This document shows, one piece after another, positions 38,960-49,749 of a DNA stretch of 64,000 bases (positions are counted from its first letter, which is position 1; each line of letters begins with the position of its first letter). The DNA lies in contig CAWGVS010000006.1 of NCBI GenBank assembly GCA_963826115.1, positions 576,001 to 640,000 of the forward strand, given 5' to 3'. The position numbers and the translations under genes are program-made. A model generated the notes under the pieces. The model was not told the DNA's origin. It did no database searches and worked only from the letters and a program-made list of their open reading frames with translations. The stretch comes from an uncultured Candidatus Rokubacteria bacterium. GTDB taxonomy: Bacteria; Methylomirabilota; Methylomirabilia; Rokubacteriales; DASRDR01.

Positions 38960-40497
38960 GAGTGATCCGCGTCTCGGTGACCGACGGCGGCGCGCCCGGC
39001 GATCCGGGCCGGAAGGTTCGCCGGCTGGTGCTGCTCGGCATCGTGATCGGCGTCGGCCTGCCCCTCCTCGTCGCCTTCGGCGTGGGGCGCGGCCTCTACC
39101 AGGCGTTCTTCCGGACGCCGGAGCTCCGCGCCCTCCTCTTCGAGGGCGGGCGGGTCGCGCGGGGCGCCGTCCTCCCGGTGGCCGACGGCGCCGTCGTGCT
39201 GAGCCAGGAGAACGCGCAGCCCGTGGCCGAGGCGATCCGCGCCGGCGCGCGACAGGCCGGGCAGGCGCGCGTGTACCTGAGCCGGATCGGCGCGCCGCCC
39301 GCCGACAAGCCGCGCTGGGACGTCGCGCTCGAGGGCGTGGCCGGGCCGGACGCGGGCCAGGTGCGCCTCTGGCTCGGCGGCGCCCGCGTGCTGGTCGCGA
39401 TCCGCGAGCGCCTCGAGGCGCGCGCCCTCGATACCGGGGTCGTGGCGTGGGTCGCCACGATGTCCGACGCGATCCACGCCGCCTGCCGCCAGTGCCTCGC
39501 GGTCGGGGGCGGCCGGGTCGTCGTCCTCGCGGCCGACGGCGTCGTGCAGGCCTTCGACGGGGCGACCGGGCGGCCGCTCTGGAGGGCCGAGACGCGGCTC
39601 AACCGACCGGTCGCGCCGGACCTCGAGATCGCGGGCGCCCTCGTGGGCTTCGTCGACCGCGGGGCGGCCGGGCGGGACGCCGAGCTCGTCCTGGTCCGCG
39701 CGGACTCGGGCCAGCCGGTCCGGCGGATCGCGCCGGGCTGCGGGACGCCGGCGCTCGACACGACGCAGGCCGAGTACGCGGGCGATCGCGTGGTCCTGGC
39801 ACTCGGCCGCGGCGGCGTCGCGTCCTGCTTCGAGGCCTGGGATCTCCGGCGCGGGGCGCGGATCTGGCAGACCGCGCTGCCCCGGCCCGGCGCGCGGGTC
39901 GACGAGGCGCGCGTCCCCTGGTACGCGGCCGACGCGCGGAGTCTCCACGTGGGGCAGGCGAGCGTCTCGGCCGGGGCGCGCGGCACGGTGTGGTCGCTCG
40001 CCCTCGACACGGGCCGGCTCCGCTCCTGGCCGGCGCCGGAGGGCTACGAGACGCGCGTCCTCGACGCGCGGGACGGCGCGCTGATCCTGCGCGCCACCCG
40101 TCAGCGCGGCACGGTGCGGGACGAGCTCTGGGCGCTCGACGTCGAGCGCGGCGCCACGCTGTGGGAGAAGCCGCTCGGCGCGACGGGCGGCGCGCCGCCG
40201 CGCTGGACGGCGCGGCTCGTCCCGGCCGGCGTGGCGCTTCTCCAGGCGCTCGACGGGCCCAGCCGGGTCGCGCACGAGACGCTCGATCTCCGCACCGGCC
40301 GGAGCCTCGCCGGCGCGACCGCCGAGGTCGAGGCCGCCAGCTGGGACGGCGTCGCGTGGACCGACGAGGCCGCGTGGCTCACGATGGCCTCGCCGTACCG
40401 GGTGGACCTCCGCGCGGGGGCGGTGGCGCGCGCCTGGCCGTGGCAGAGCCTGGCCAACTGCAAGAACATCGGTGGAAAGGTGGTGTGCACGCGATGA
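38956..40497 (+). CDS. Membrane-anchored PQQ-like beta-propeller protein
   Basis: N-terminal TM; repeated A.D..TG...W units; ATGA overlap. Confidence 0.75.
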   Translation: MRVIRVSVTDGGAPGDPGRKVRRLVLLGIVIGVGLPLLVAFGVGRGLYQAFFRTPELRALLFEGGRVARGAVLPVADGAVVLSQENAQPVAEAIRAGARQAGQARVYLSRIGAPPADKPRWDVALEGVAGPDAGQVRLWLGGARVLVAIRERLEARALDTGVVAWVATMSDAIHAACRQCLAVGGGRVVVLAADGVVQAFDGATGRPLWRAETRLNRPVAPDLEIAGALVGFVDRGAAGRDAELVLVRADSGQPVRRIAPGCGTPALDTTQAEYAGDRVVLALGRGGVASCFEAWDLRRGARIWQTALPRPGARVDEARVPWYAADARSLHVGQASVSAGARGTVWSLALDTGRLRSWPAPEGYETRVLDARDGALILRATRQRGTVRDELWALDVERGATLWEKPLGATGGAPPRWTARLVPAGVALLQALDGPSRVAHETLDLRTGRSLAGATAEVEAASWDGVAWTDEAAWLTMASPYRVDLRAGAVARAWPWQSLANCKNIGGKVVCTR

Positions 40498-40826
40498 GGA
40501 AGGGACCGTTGCGCCGGGGCGGGCTGGTCGTCCGCCCCGCCGATCACCGCGGCGACTTCTTCCGGGTCCTGCAGGAGACGGAGCGGAGCCAGACCGCGGT
40601 CATGACCGTCGCGCCCGGCCAGGACGCGGGCCCCGAGGAGACCCACGTCGCCGACCAGATCCTCTACGTGATCGAGGGCCAGGCCGAGGTGCGCATCGGG
40701 ACGGAGCTCGCGATCGCCGGTCCCGGGACGCTCGTCACGATCCCCGCGGGGACGCCTCACCACGTCCGGAGCACGGGCGCGGTCTCGCTCTTCTTCCTCA
40801 CGGTCTACGCCCCGCCGGAGTACTGA
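40494..40826 (+). CDS. Cupin domain protein
   Basis: EETH.ADQ.LYVIEG, IPAGTPH, YAPPEY. Confidence 0.9.
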   Translation: MRKGPLRRGGLVVRPADHRGDFFRVLQETERSQTAVMTVAPGQDAGPEETHVADQILYVIEGQAEVRIGTELAIAGPGTLVTIPAGTPHHVRSTGAVSLFFLTVYAPPEY

Positions 40827-40885
40827 GCACCCGGCGAGACGCGTGGTGAGGCGGCCGGCGCCCCGCCCGCCTCGGCGTGCCGCCG

Positions 40886-42004
<1,119 letters not shown>

Positions 42005-42152
42005 GACGCCATTCTAACCGGACTTCTTCCGCGCGAGCGCCCACGCTGGCGACCGGCGCGCCGCGCGTGCCAGAATCGGTCCAAGCCGGGGTGAGGCCCC
42101 GAGTGTGACGATCGGCGACCGAGGGGCCTGGCCCCACCAAGGAGACACCGCG

Positions 42153-42941
42153 ATGCGCTACGAGACGATCACGCTGGACGTCGCCCAGGGGATCGCCACC
42201 ATCACCCTGAACCGCCCGGAGGCCTACAACGCGCTGACCCTCACCCTCGCCCGGGAGCTCTTCGGCGCCGTGCTCGAGGTGGACGAGGACCCCGCGGTCC
42301 GCTGCGTCGTCCTCACGGGCGCGGGGAAGGCGTTCTGCGGCGGCGGCGACGTCAAGGAGTTCGCGCAGGGCCTGCCGCGCGTCGGGGTCCTGCTGAAGGA
42401 GCTGACGACGTACATCCACGGCGTGGTCTCGCGGCTCGTCCGTACGCCGAAGCCCGTCATCACCGCCGTCAACGGCGTGGCGGCCGGCGGCGGGCTCGCC
42501 CTCGCGCTGGGGGGTGACCTCGTCATCGCCGCCGAGTCGGCGCGCTTCACGATGGCCTACTCGCGCATCGGGGCCACGCCCGACGGGTCCTCGACCTACT
42601 GGCTGCCGCGCCTTTGCGGCATCCGGCGCGCGATGGAGCTCTTCTACACGAACCGCGTCCTCACCGCGAAGGAGGCCGTGGAGTGGGGGATCGCGACCCG
42701 CGCCGTTCCCGATGCGGAGTTCCCCGCCGCGGTGCGCGCGCTGGCGGCGGAGCTCGCCCAGGGCCCGACGCTCGCGCTGGGGCGGGGGAAGCGCCTCCTC
42801 CACCTCTCGACGACCGAGAGCCTCGAGACGCAGATGGAGCACGAGAGTCAGGCGATCGCCCAGAGCGGCCACACGGACGACTTCGCCGAGGGCGTCCGCG
42901 CCTTCTCGGAGAAGCGTCCGGCGACCTTCCGCGGCCGCTAG
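42153..42941 (+). CDS. Enoyl-CoA hydratase/isomerase (PaaG-like)
   Basis: LNRPE, FCGGGD, AAGGG, PDG, EGVRAF.EKR; SD AAGGAG. Confidence 0.93.
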   Translation: MRYETITLDVAQGIATITLNRPEAYNALTLTLARELFGAVLEVDEDPAVRCVVLTGAGKAFCGGGDVKEFAQGLPRVGVLLKELTTYIHGVVSRLVRTPKPVITAVNGVAAGGGLALALGGDLVIAAESARFTMAYSRIGATPDGSSTYWLPRLCGIRRAMELFYTNRVLTAKEAVEWGIATRAVPDAEFPAAVRALAAELAQGPTLALGRGKRLLHLSTTESLETQMEHESQAIAQSGHTDDFAEGVRAFSEKRPATFRGR

Positions 42942-43040
42942 GTGCGGCTCGGCCCGCCCGCTTCCCCGCGCGGCGCTCCCGCGCCCGGCCGGCGGCCGGG
43001 CGCCCGGCCGGGGGCCGGCGGCCTCCCCGGTTCGCGGGAG

Positions 43041-43487
43041 CTAGCGGCGGCGCTTCGCGGGCGCGCGGCGGGCCGGCTTCCGGGCCCGCGACGCGGCGCG
43101 CGCCGGCGGCATCGCGGCGACGGTCCGGATCTCGATCAGGAGCCCCGCGCGCGGCAGGACGGCCTGCACCGTCGTCCGCGCCGGCGGGTCCGTCGGGAAG
43201 AAGGTCTTGTAGACCTCGTTGAACGCCGCGAAGTCGCCGATGTCGGAGAGGAGGCACAGGCACTCGATCGAGTGCGCGAGCGAGGTGCCGGCCGCCTTGA
43301 GGATCGCCTCGACGTTCTGGAGCACCTGCCGCGTCTGCTCGCGGATGCCGCCGGCCACGATCTGGCTCGTGGCGGGGTCGAGCGCGACCTGCCCGGCCAC
43401 GTAGACGAGATCGCCGTGACGGATGCCCTGGGAGTAGGGGAGACCGGTGCGGGGGCCCTTGTCGGTGCTGATGACCTGGCGCTTCAT
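43041..43487 (-). CDS. RidA family protein with basic C-terminal tail
   Basis: PYSQG, VAGQV, FNEVY, PPART, IEI; SD GGAGGAG. Confidence 0.92.
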   Translation of the reverse strand: MKRQVISTDKGPRTGLPYSQGIRHGDLVYVAGQVALDPATSQIVAGGIREQTRQVLQNVEAILKAAGTSLAHSIECLCLLSDIGDFAAFNEVYKTFFPTDPPARTTVQAVLPRAGLLIEIRTVAAMPPARAASRARKPARRAPAKRRR

Positions 43488-43655
43488 GTGCTCCTCCGTC
43501 GTGGGTCGAGGCGGGCCCGGCGGCCGACGGGACGGGCCGTCCTCGTGCGCGCGGGCGAGGGGCGTCGGCCGGCCGTCAGGGTGGCACGGTTCCCCGTGGC
43601 CGGCAACCGGTCGGCGTCGTCGCGCGCCGGGCGGGCCGGGCCTCTGCCGGATCGC

Positions 43656-45002
43656 CTAGAGTAGCCCTTGCAGATGCTGCTCGATCGCGCGCTTCAGCGA
43701 CTGCCCGGTCGTTTCGTCGCGCGACGCGGCCAACGGCCAGTCGATGGGCCGCCCGAGGCGGGACTCCACCGTCGCCCGCTGCGCCGGATCTCTCATGCCC
43801 GCGCGGACCAGGAAGTCCGTCATGGGGCCGTGTCGCATGGCTGCACGCGCCTCCTCCCTGCTGCGGAGGCTCGTCACCGGCGACAGCGTCACCTCTCGTT
43901 CGTCCAAGGGTGGGAACCGGAACGCCGCTCGGGGTGGCGGCTGGTTCGCGGTGATCTTCGTCATCTCGATGGCAAACTGACTGTCGAAATCCATGACGCG
44001 AAGCCACGAGTACGCGACCGGCTTGGCCGGATCGACGACGGCCTCGAGTTGTCTGCCTCCCGCGGCCGCCCCCGAGAGCAGGAATCGCTGCCCTCCCAGG
44101 CTCCGGACCGACTGCCGCCACCCCGGGCCGCCCACCAGCGAGGTCAGCGTCAGCCGCACGCCCGCCTCGGCGCTCCCCGCGCTCAACAGTTCGGCCCCAT
44201 GGTGCAGTTGGGTCTCGGTCACCTCGACGCGGACTTCCCAATCCCCGTGCCACAGGCTCGGCCCGTCGAGGGGGTTGTACGTCAGGATCCGATCCCCGAT
44301 CCCGACGAACGCAGGAACCCCGTCATGGAGGATGACGCAAGCCCGGTCGGAGGGTGCCTCGACCCAGCACCACACGGCGACCGGGAACTGCGTCGGCTCC
44401 TTCCCGATCAGGGTCCGAGCCGCGAACGCGAAGGACCGGAGCGTCGTCCGGTGCGAGTCGAGGTCGGGGGCGAGTCCCACCAGCCGCTCGGCCAGGTCGT
44501 CTCTGCGCTGGCGATACTCTCGGCTGAAGTTCTGAGCGAGACGACTCCGCGTCGTCTCGTCAGCCTCGGCCACGACCCGGTCGATCGGTCGCCCGGTCAC
44601 GGGGTGAAACAGCCACTGGAGGTCGTCGTCGAGGAGGAACAGAGAGCACGTGCCCCTGGTGTTCGCCGCTTGATCGCGCTGGCACCTGCCCATGGCCGCG
44701 GCTCCGGCGGACTCTCGGGACGTCTGGCTGTGCGCGATGAAGTAGGGTCCCGCGGAGTTCCAGGCCCACGCGCGATGCCGTGGGAACGCGAAGTACTGGT
44801 CAAGGGCTCGCTCCGCGTCATCCGCCGAGAACATGGGGAGCGCGAGGCCGCCCGGTGGCCGCATGGCTCTCGGATCCGACTGTGTCGCGCAGCTGGCGGC
44901 CACGAGGAGGCACGCGCTCGCGAGCGCCGCGGCCAGAGGCCTCGAATGAGGCCGATCGGTGAGGGGAGTGTTGTCCCGGGACCGGGCCCGCCTACCGGAC
45001 AA
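43656..45002 (-). CDS. Hypothetical putative lipoprotein; atypical composition
   Basis: 448-aa ORF; LVAASC lipobox-like; more A/T-ending codons than the flanks; start uncertain. Confidence 0.65.
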   Translation of the reverse strand: MSGRRARSRDNTPLTDRPHSRPLAAALASACLLVAASCATQSDPRAMRPPGGLALPMFSADDAERALDQYFAFPRHRAWAWNSAGPYFIAHSQTSRESAGAAAMGRCQRDQAANTRGTCSLFLLDDDLQWLFHPVTGRPIDRVVAEADETTRSRLAQNFSREYRQRRDDLAERLVGLAPDLDSHRTTLRSFAFAARTLIGKEPTQFPVAVWCWVEAPSDRACVILHDGVPAFVGIGDRILTYNPLDGPSLWHGDWEVRVEVTETQLHHGAELLSAGSAEAGVRLTLTSLVGGPGWRQSVRSLGGQRFLLSGAAAGGRQLEAVVDPAKPVAYSWLRVMDFDSQFAIEMTKITANQPPPRAAFRFPPLDEREVTLSPVTSLRSREEARAAMRHGPMTDFLVRAGMRDPAQRATVESRLGRPIDWPLAASRDETTGQSLKRAIEQHLQGLL

Positions 45003-46023
45003 ATGTCGCCTGCCGCGCGGTCTCGATCGAGCGAAGGACGTCGTCGGGCTCGAAGACCCGGTGGGCGAGGAGCAGCTCGAGCTCGTGGCGGAGCGTCGTT
45101 CCGAGGAGGTACGTGCCGTCGGTGTTGACCGTCGTCCGCACGCCCGCGTCGCGGAGCGTCTGGTAGACCTCGCGGAGGTCGTCCCACCCGGCGACCGCGC
45201 GGGTCCGGAGGTTCGACGAGGGGCAGAGCTCGAGCACCGTGCCCTCGCCGCTCAGCCGTCGCATGAGCTCCTTGTTCCGGGCCGCGGCGATCCCGTGGCC
45301 GATGCGGTCGGGCTGGAGCTTCTCGAGGACGGCGAAGACGCCGTCGGCCCCGGTGTGCGAGGTCTCGCCGGTGTGGATGGTCGTGCCGAGCCCGGCGGCG
45401 CGCGCCCGCGCGAACAAGTCGTGGTAGCGGTCGACGTCGCCGCCGAACTCGAGGGTGTGCTGCTCGGGGCCGGCCAGGTCGATGCCGACCACGCCGTGGT
45501 CCCGGTAGCGCTCGGCCTTCCGCACGATGATGTCGTTCAGCTCGTAGTCGAACTCGCGGGCGAGACAGAAGATCAGCCCGGCGCGGACGCCGTAGGCGAG
45601 GCACGCGCGCTCCATCCCGTGGATGGCGGCGATGATGATGTGGTCGAGGTCCCGCTCGCCGCCCAGGTTCCGCTTCATGGGATTGAACCGGAGCTCGATG
45701 AGCGAGACGCGAGACGAGCGGTACTCCTTGCCGATGATCGAGTAGACCGAGCGCTCGATCGCCGCGGGCGACGACTGGATGCGCTCGGTCCAGCGGTGGA
45801 GGATCTCGAGGTAGGTGTCGAGCGACTGGACGCGCTCGGGGTCGGCGTACACGAGGTCGCGGAACTCCGGGTAGGTCCGGACCGGCAGCTTGAACCCGTG
45901 GTCGTGGGCGATCTCCCAGAGCACGTGGGGCGCGACCGCGGCGCCCACGTGGATGTGGAGGTCGACGAGCTCGCTGGCGTCGAGAAGCTGCCGGCCCGCG
46001 TCGGGGACGCGCGGCTCGCTCAC
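44992..46023 (-). CDS. add: Adenosine deaminase family protein
   Basis: DLHIH, DLAGPE, HTGE, RIGHG, CPSSN, NTD. Confidence 0.9.
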   Translation of the reverse strand: MSEPRVPDAGRQLLDASELVDLHIHVGAAVAPHVLWEIAHDHGFKLPVRTYPEFRDLVYADPERVQSLDTYLEILHRWTERIQSSPAAIERSVYSIIGKEYRSSRVSLIELRFNPMKRNLGGERDLDHIIIAAIHGMERACLAYGVRAGLIFCLAREFDYELNDIIVRKAERYRDHGVVGIDLAGPEQHTLEFGGDVDRYHDLFARARAAGLGTTIHTGETSHTGADGVFAVLEKLQPDRIGHGIAAARNKELMRRLSGEGTVLELCPSSNLRTRAVAGWDDLREVYQTLRDAGVRTTVNTDGTYLLGTTLRHELELLLAHRVFEPDDVLRSIETARQATFVR

Positions 46024-46067
46024 CGCGCGCTCCGGTCGGCCGCGCGGTCCGCGGGCTCCGCGCTCAT
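46020..46067 (-). other. Bridge mini-ORF MSAEPADRAADRSAR* linking the SBP stop to the deaminase start
   Basis: ATG overlaps the SBP TGA; its TGA overlaps GTG 46023. Confidence 0.45.
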
Positions 46068-47158
46068 CCGCCGACCCGGTAGGCGCGCGCCTCGGCGGCG
46101 ATCTTCTCGGGGTCGAAGCGGTTGATCTCGTCGATCAGCTCGTTGGTCACGAGCTCCTGCGCCGTCACCGCCTGCTTGATGATCGCGGTCTTCAGCATGA
46201 AGTCGGCGTAGGCCTGGTAGTTCGCCTCGGAGTTCTCGCCCCAGCGCTTGACCCCGGCCTTCTCGAGCTTCCAGTTCTGGGCGCGCGCCTGGAGCACCTT
46301 GGCGTCGTCGCGGAGCGCCGTCGCCTCGTCCTTCCCGGTGGGCTTGGTCGCCGGGAAGACGTCCCAGAGGATCCGGATGGCGGCCTCGGGGTTGGCGATG
46401 GCGAACACCGTCCCCTTCGCGTAGCTCCGCGCGAGCGCCACCGCCTCCTTGCGCCGCGCGCGCAGCGTCTCCTCGAGCGCGAGGAAGCCGTTCGACGGGA
46501 AGCGGTCGATCGCCCGCGTGTCGAGGAGCCGGAGCTTCACGCCGGCGTTCTCGACCATGGCGTACTGAGTGTCGAACTGGCTCAGCGCGTCGACCTGGCC
46601 CCCGCGGACCATGGCCGCGGTCTGGGCGCCCTCGCCGGCCACGACGATGTTGACGTCCGTGTCCGGGTTGAGCCCGATCATGCGCACGAGCTCCCGGGCG
46701 ACGAGCACGCCCCCCGATCCCATCGAGATCACCCCGATGCGCTTGCCGCGGAGGTCCCCGAGCTCCTTGACCGGGCTGTCCTGCGGCACGGCGATCCCGT
46801 AGATGTTCCCCTGGTAGGCGGTGTAGAAGATCTGCGCCTTGATGCCCTGCGGGCGGCCGATGGCCAGCGGCTCCACGCTCGGCAGGGAGAAGTCGACCTC
46901 GCGCACCGCCACGTTCTTCACGCAGTCCGTCGACCCGGGCATCGGCACCAGCTCGACGTCGATGCCCTCTTGCTTGAGCCAGCCGAGCTTGGCGGCGATC
47001 GCGAACGGCGCGGCGGCCGCCGACACCGTGCGCGCGCACCAGCCCACCTTGAGCTTCGTCAGCTGGGCGCTCGCCGGCCCCGTGAGCGCCGCGACGCCGA
47101 GCAGCAGGGAGACGGCCGCGGCCAGGGCGACGACGCGGCGGGAGCGGGACCTCACCAT
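46064..47158 (-). CDS. NitT/TauT (NMT1/SsuA-like) ABC substrate-binding protein
   Basis: Signal peptide; G..KQEGIDVE, DLRGKRIG, GQVDA, NPEAA. Confidence 0.9.
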   Translation of the reverse strand: MVRSRSRRVVALAAAVSLLLGVAALTGPASAQLTKLKVGWCARTVSAAAAPFAIAAKLGWLKQEGIDVELVPMPGSTDCVKNVAVREVDFSLPSVEPLAIGRPQGIKAQIFYTAYQGNIYGIAVPQDSPVKELGDLRGKRIGVISMGSGGVLVARELVRMIGLNPDTDVNIVVAGEGAQTAAMVRGGQVDALSQFDTQYAMVENAGVKLRLLDTRAIDRFPSNGFLALEETLRARRKEAVALARSYAKGTVFAIANPEAAIRILWDVFPATKPTGKDEATALRDDAKVLQARAQNWKLEKAGVKRWGENSEANYQAYADFMLKTAIIKQAVTAQELVTNELIDEINRFDPEKIAAEARAYRVGG

Positions 47159-48012
47159 GCGGTGACCTCCTTCTTGGCGGCGCGCGGGTCGCGCGCGAGC
47201 GACGGGGGCACGGGGGCGTCCTCTTCGGCGCGCTCGGGGGCGGCCTTCTCCGACGGGTCCCAGAAGAGCACCCGCCGGCGGACCAGCTGGATCGCCCGGC
47301 TGAGCCCGAGGCCGACGAACGAGAGCACCAGCAGCACCGAGAACTGGCCCGAGACGTCCATCGTGAAGTTCATGCTCTGGATGAGCATGCCGAGCCCGGC
47401 GGTCGCCCCGACGAACTCGCCGACGATCGCGCCGATCAGCGCGAAGATCATCGCGATGTCGAGGCCGGCCATCACGAACGGCAGCGCGTTGGGGAGCCGC
47501 AGCATCCAGAAGATCTGGCGGTCGCTGGCCGCGAGCGAGCGCATGAGGCTCACCCGGTCCTCGTCGGCCGAGCGGAGCCCGACCATCGTGTTGACGAGCA
47601 GCGGGAAGAAGGCGACCAGCGCCGCGTTGACGACCTTCGACATGAGCCCGAGGCCGAACCAGATGACGATGAGCGGCGCGAGCGCGATCTTCGGCAAGGA
47701 CTGGAACATGACGATGTACGGGTAGAGGAAGTACTCGACCCACCGGCTCATGGCGACGGCGGTGCCGAGCCCGAAGCCGAGAGCCGAGCCGACCAGGAAG
47801 CCGAGGAGCGTCTCGGTCAGCGTGTACCAGAGGTGCTTCAGGTAGAGCCCGCTCGCGAGGCCGCGCCAGAGCGCCACCGCCACCGCGGAGGGCGCGGGCA
47901 GGATGAACGGCGGGACCTGGAACCAGCGGACGGCGCCCTCCCAGAGCGCCATGGACCCGAAGAAGAAGACGGCGGTGAGGGCCAGGCTCCGGCCGCGGCC
48001 CATGCCCGTCAT
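47152..48012 (-). CDS. NitT/TauT ABC permease
   Basis: LPAPS, PKIALAPL, FFP, AIVGEF, GLG. Confidence 0.93.
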   Translation of the reverse strand: MTGMGRGRSLALTAVFFFGSMALWEGAVRWFQVPPFILPAPSAVAVALWRGLASGLYLKHLWYTLTETLLGFLVGSALGFGLGTAVAMSRWVEYFLYPYIVMFQSLPKIALAPLIVIWFGLGLMSKVVNAALVAFFPLLVNTMVGLRSADEDRVSLMRSLAASDRQIFWMLRLPNALPFVMAGLDIAMIFALIGAIVGEFVGATAGLGMLIQSMNFTMDVSGQFSVLLVLSFVGLGLSRAIQLVRRRVLFWDPSEKAAPERAEEDAPVPPSLARDPRAAKKEVTAW

Positions 48013-48044
48013 CCGTCCACTCGCCCGGACGCTGCGGCGCTCAT
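48009..48044 (-). other. Bridge mini-ORF MSAAASGRVDG* linking the SDR stop to the permease start
   Basis: ATG overlaps the SDR TGA; its TGA overlaps ATG 48012. Confidence 0.45.
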
Positions 48045-48877
48045 CCCGTGTAGTGCTCGTACCAGTCCTGGCGCGCGCGGAAGTCGTCCGGGTACACCGT
48101 GACCTTCTCCGGCGCGAACTCGAAATCCTCGCCCTCGCGCGCAATCGTCTCGACAAGGGGCCAGGCGTCGAAGCGATGACCGCTGTAGCGCCCCGGCGGC
48201 TGGGCGGCGAGCCAGACCCAGGCGCCGCCGAGACGGACCGGATCCGTCCAGGTCGAGCGGACCTCGGCCGGCGCCCGGTCGTGCTCCGCCCAGGTCACCC
48301 GCGTCGGCTTGATGCGGGCGCCCGGCCCGATCGTGTTGAGCGCGATGTTGTGCTCCCGCGCCTCGAGGGAGAGCGCTTTCACGAAGCCCTCGACGCCGTG
48401 CTTGACCGCGCAGTACGCGATCTCCTCCAGGTAGCCGCGCACACTCGAGCCGCTGGCGATGCCGATGACGTGGCCGCCGCCCTGGGCCTTCATCCGGGGC
48501 CAGGCGGCGCGCGCGCAGTTGAACATCCCGCCGAGGCCGACGGCGATCTGGCGGGACCACTCGGCATGGGTGGTCGCCTCGAAGGTGATGAGCGGCATGT
48601 AGATCGCGTTGTGCACCACGACATCGAGGCGACCCCAGCGGCCGACGATCCGCTCCACGACGCCCTCGCACTGGACGAGGTCGGCCGCGTCGGAACGGCA
48701 TTCGAGGAACTCCGTCCCGTCGGCGGCGAGGTCCCGCCCGCAGCGCTCGAGCTCCGCGTCGTCGAGGTCCGTCACGCAGACCCGGGCCCCCGCGAGGCCG
48801 AAGGCGCGGGCGATGCCCCAGCCGAGACCGCGCGCCGCGCCGGTGACGAGGGCCACGGTGCCGGGGCGGAGCTTCAC
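48041..48877 (-). CDS. SDR family oxidoreductase
   Basis: TGAARGLG, HNA, YCAVK. Confidence 0.92.
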   Translation of the reverse strand: MKLRPGTVALVTGAARGLGWGIARAFGLAGARVCVTDLDDAELERCGRDLAADGTEFLECRSDAADLVQCEGVVERIVGRWGRLDVVVHNAIYMPLITFEATTHAEWSRQIAVGLGGMFNCARAAWPRMKAQGGGHVIGIASGSSVRGYLEEIAYCAVKHGVEGFVKALSLEAREHNIALNTIGPGARIKPTRVTWAEHDRAPAEVRSTWTDPVRLGGAWVWLAAQPPGRYSGHRFDAWPLVETIAREGEDFEFAPEKVTVYPDDFRARQDWYEHYTG

Positions 48878-48881
48878 CGCG

Positions 48882-49706
48882 TTACCCGTCCAGTCGCCCG
48901 GCCGTCGCGAAGCGCCGGCGGATGTTCCGGACGTGCTCGCCGAAGGCGGGCGTGCTCATGACGTCGAGCGGCCGCGGGTGCGGGAGGTCCACCCGGATGT
49001 CCTCGAGGATCCGCCCGGGGCGCGGGCTCATGACGAGGACGCGGTCCCCCAGGAACACGGCCTCGGGGATCGAGTGCGTGATGAAGACCACCGTCTTCTT
49101 CCGCTCGAGCCAGATCCGCTGGAGCTCGACGTTCATCTGCTCGCGGGTCATGGCGTCGAGCGCCCCGAACGGCTCGTCCATGAGGAGCATCGCGGGATCG
49201 TGGACGAGGGCGCGCGTCAGCGCGACGCGCTGCTGCATCCCGCCCGACAGCTCCCAGGGGTAGCGGCGCTCGAAGCCCGCGAGGCCGACGAGGGCCAGGA
49301 GGTCGAGCGCCGTCTGCCGGTGGCGCTCGCGGGGAAGGCGCTGGACGTCGATCGGGAGGAGCACGTTGTCGAGCACGGTCCGCCACGGGAAGAGGACCGG
49401 GGACTGGAAGACGACGCCGATGTCCTGACGCGGGCCGGTGATCGGCGTGCCGCGAAGCCGGGCGTCCCCGTGCGACGGGGCCATGAGCCCGGCGAGGATC
49501 TTGAGGAGCGTGGTCTTCCCGCAGCCGGAGGGGCCGACCACGGCCACGAAGTCGCCCTCGCCGACGCCGAAGCTGATGCCCTCGAGCGCCGCGACGACGC
49601 CGTCGCGGGTCGCGTAGCGCTTGGAGAGGTCCCTGACGGCGATCGCGTCCGCGTGCGAGATGGGCCGCTCGCCTCCGCCGGATCGGTGTGGCGCCACTGG
49701 CGGCAA
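48882..49706 (-). CDS. NitT/TauT ABC ATP-binding protein
   Basis: GPSGCGKT, LSGGMQQR, DEPFGALD, ITH; start TTG 49706 or GTG 49697. Confidence 0.95.
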   Translation of the reverse strand: MPPVAPHRSGGGERPISHADAIAVRDLSKRYATRDGVVAALEGISFGVGEGDFVAVVGPSGCGKTTLLKILAGLMAPSHGDARLRGTPITGPRQDIGVVFQSPVLFPWRTVLDNVLLPIDVQRLPRERHRQTALDLLALVGLAGFERRYPWELSGGMQQRVALTRALVHDPAMLLMDEPFGALDAMTREQMNVELQRIWLERKKTVVFITHSIPEAVFLGDRVLVMSPRPGRILEDIRVDLPHPRPLDVMSTPAFGEHVRNIRRRFATAGRLDG

Positions 49707-49714
49707 GTGCGGGG

Positions 49715-49741
49715 ATTATACCGCACCCCCCAGGGTATACT
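49715..49741. promoter_or_regulatory. Back-to-back -10 elements: TATAAT (minus, 49720-49715) and TATACT (plus, 49736-49741)
   Basis: Each lies 8 nt from the start codon of its divergent gene; no SD. Confidence 0.6.
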
Positions 49742-49749
49742 GCCGCCGC

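Noticed and set aside
43495-43580. GC-rich nested hairpins in the ridA leader as a possible riboswitch
   Set aside because: No recognisable aptamer consensus; such pairing is expected by chance at this GC content
43582-43600. TGGCAC as a possible sigma54 -24 element
   Set aside because: No TTGC at the -12 position and no downstream plus-strand gene
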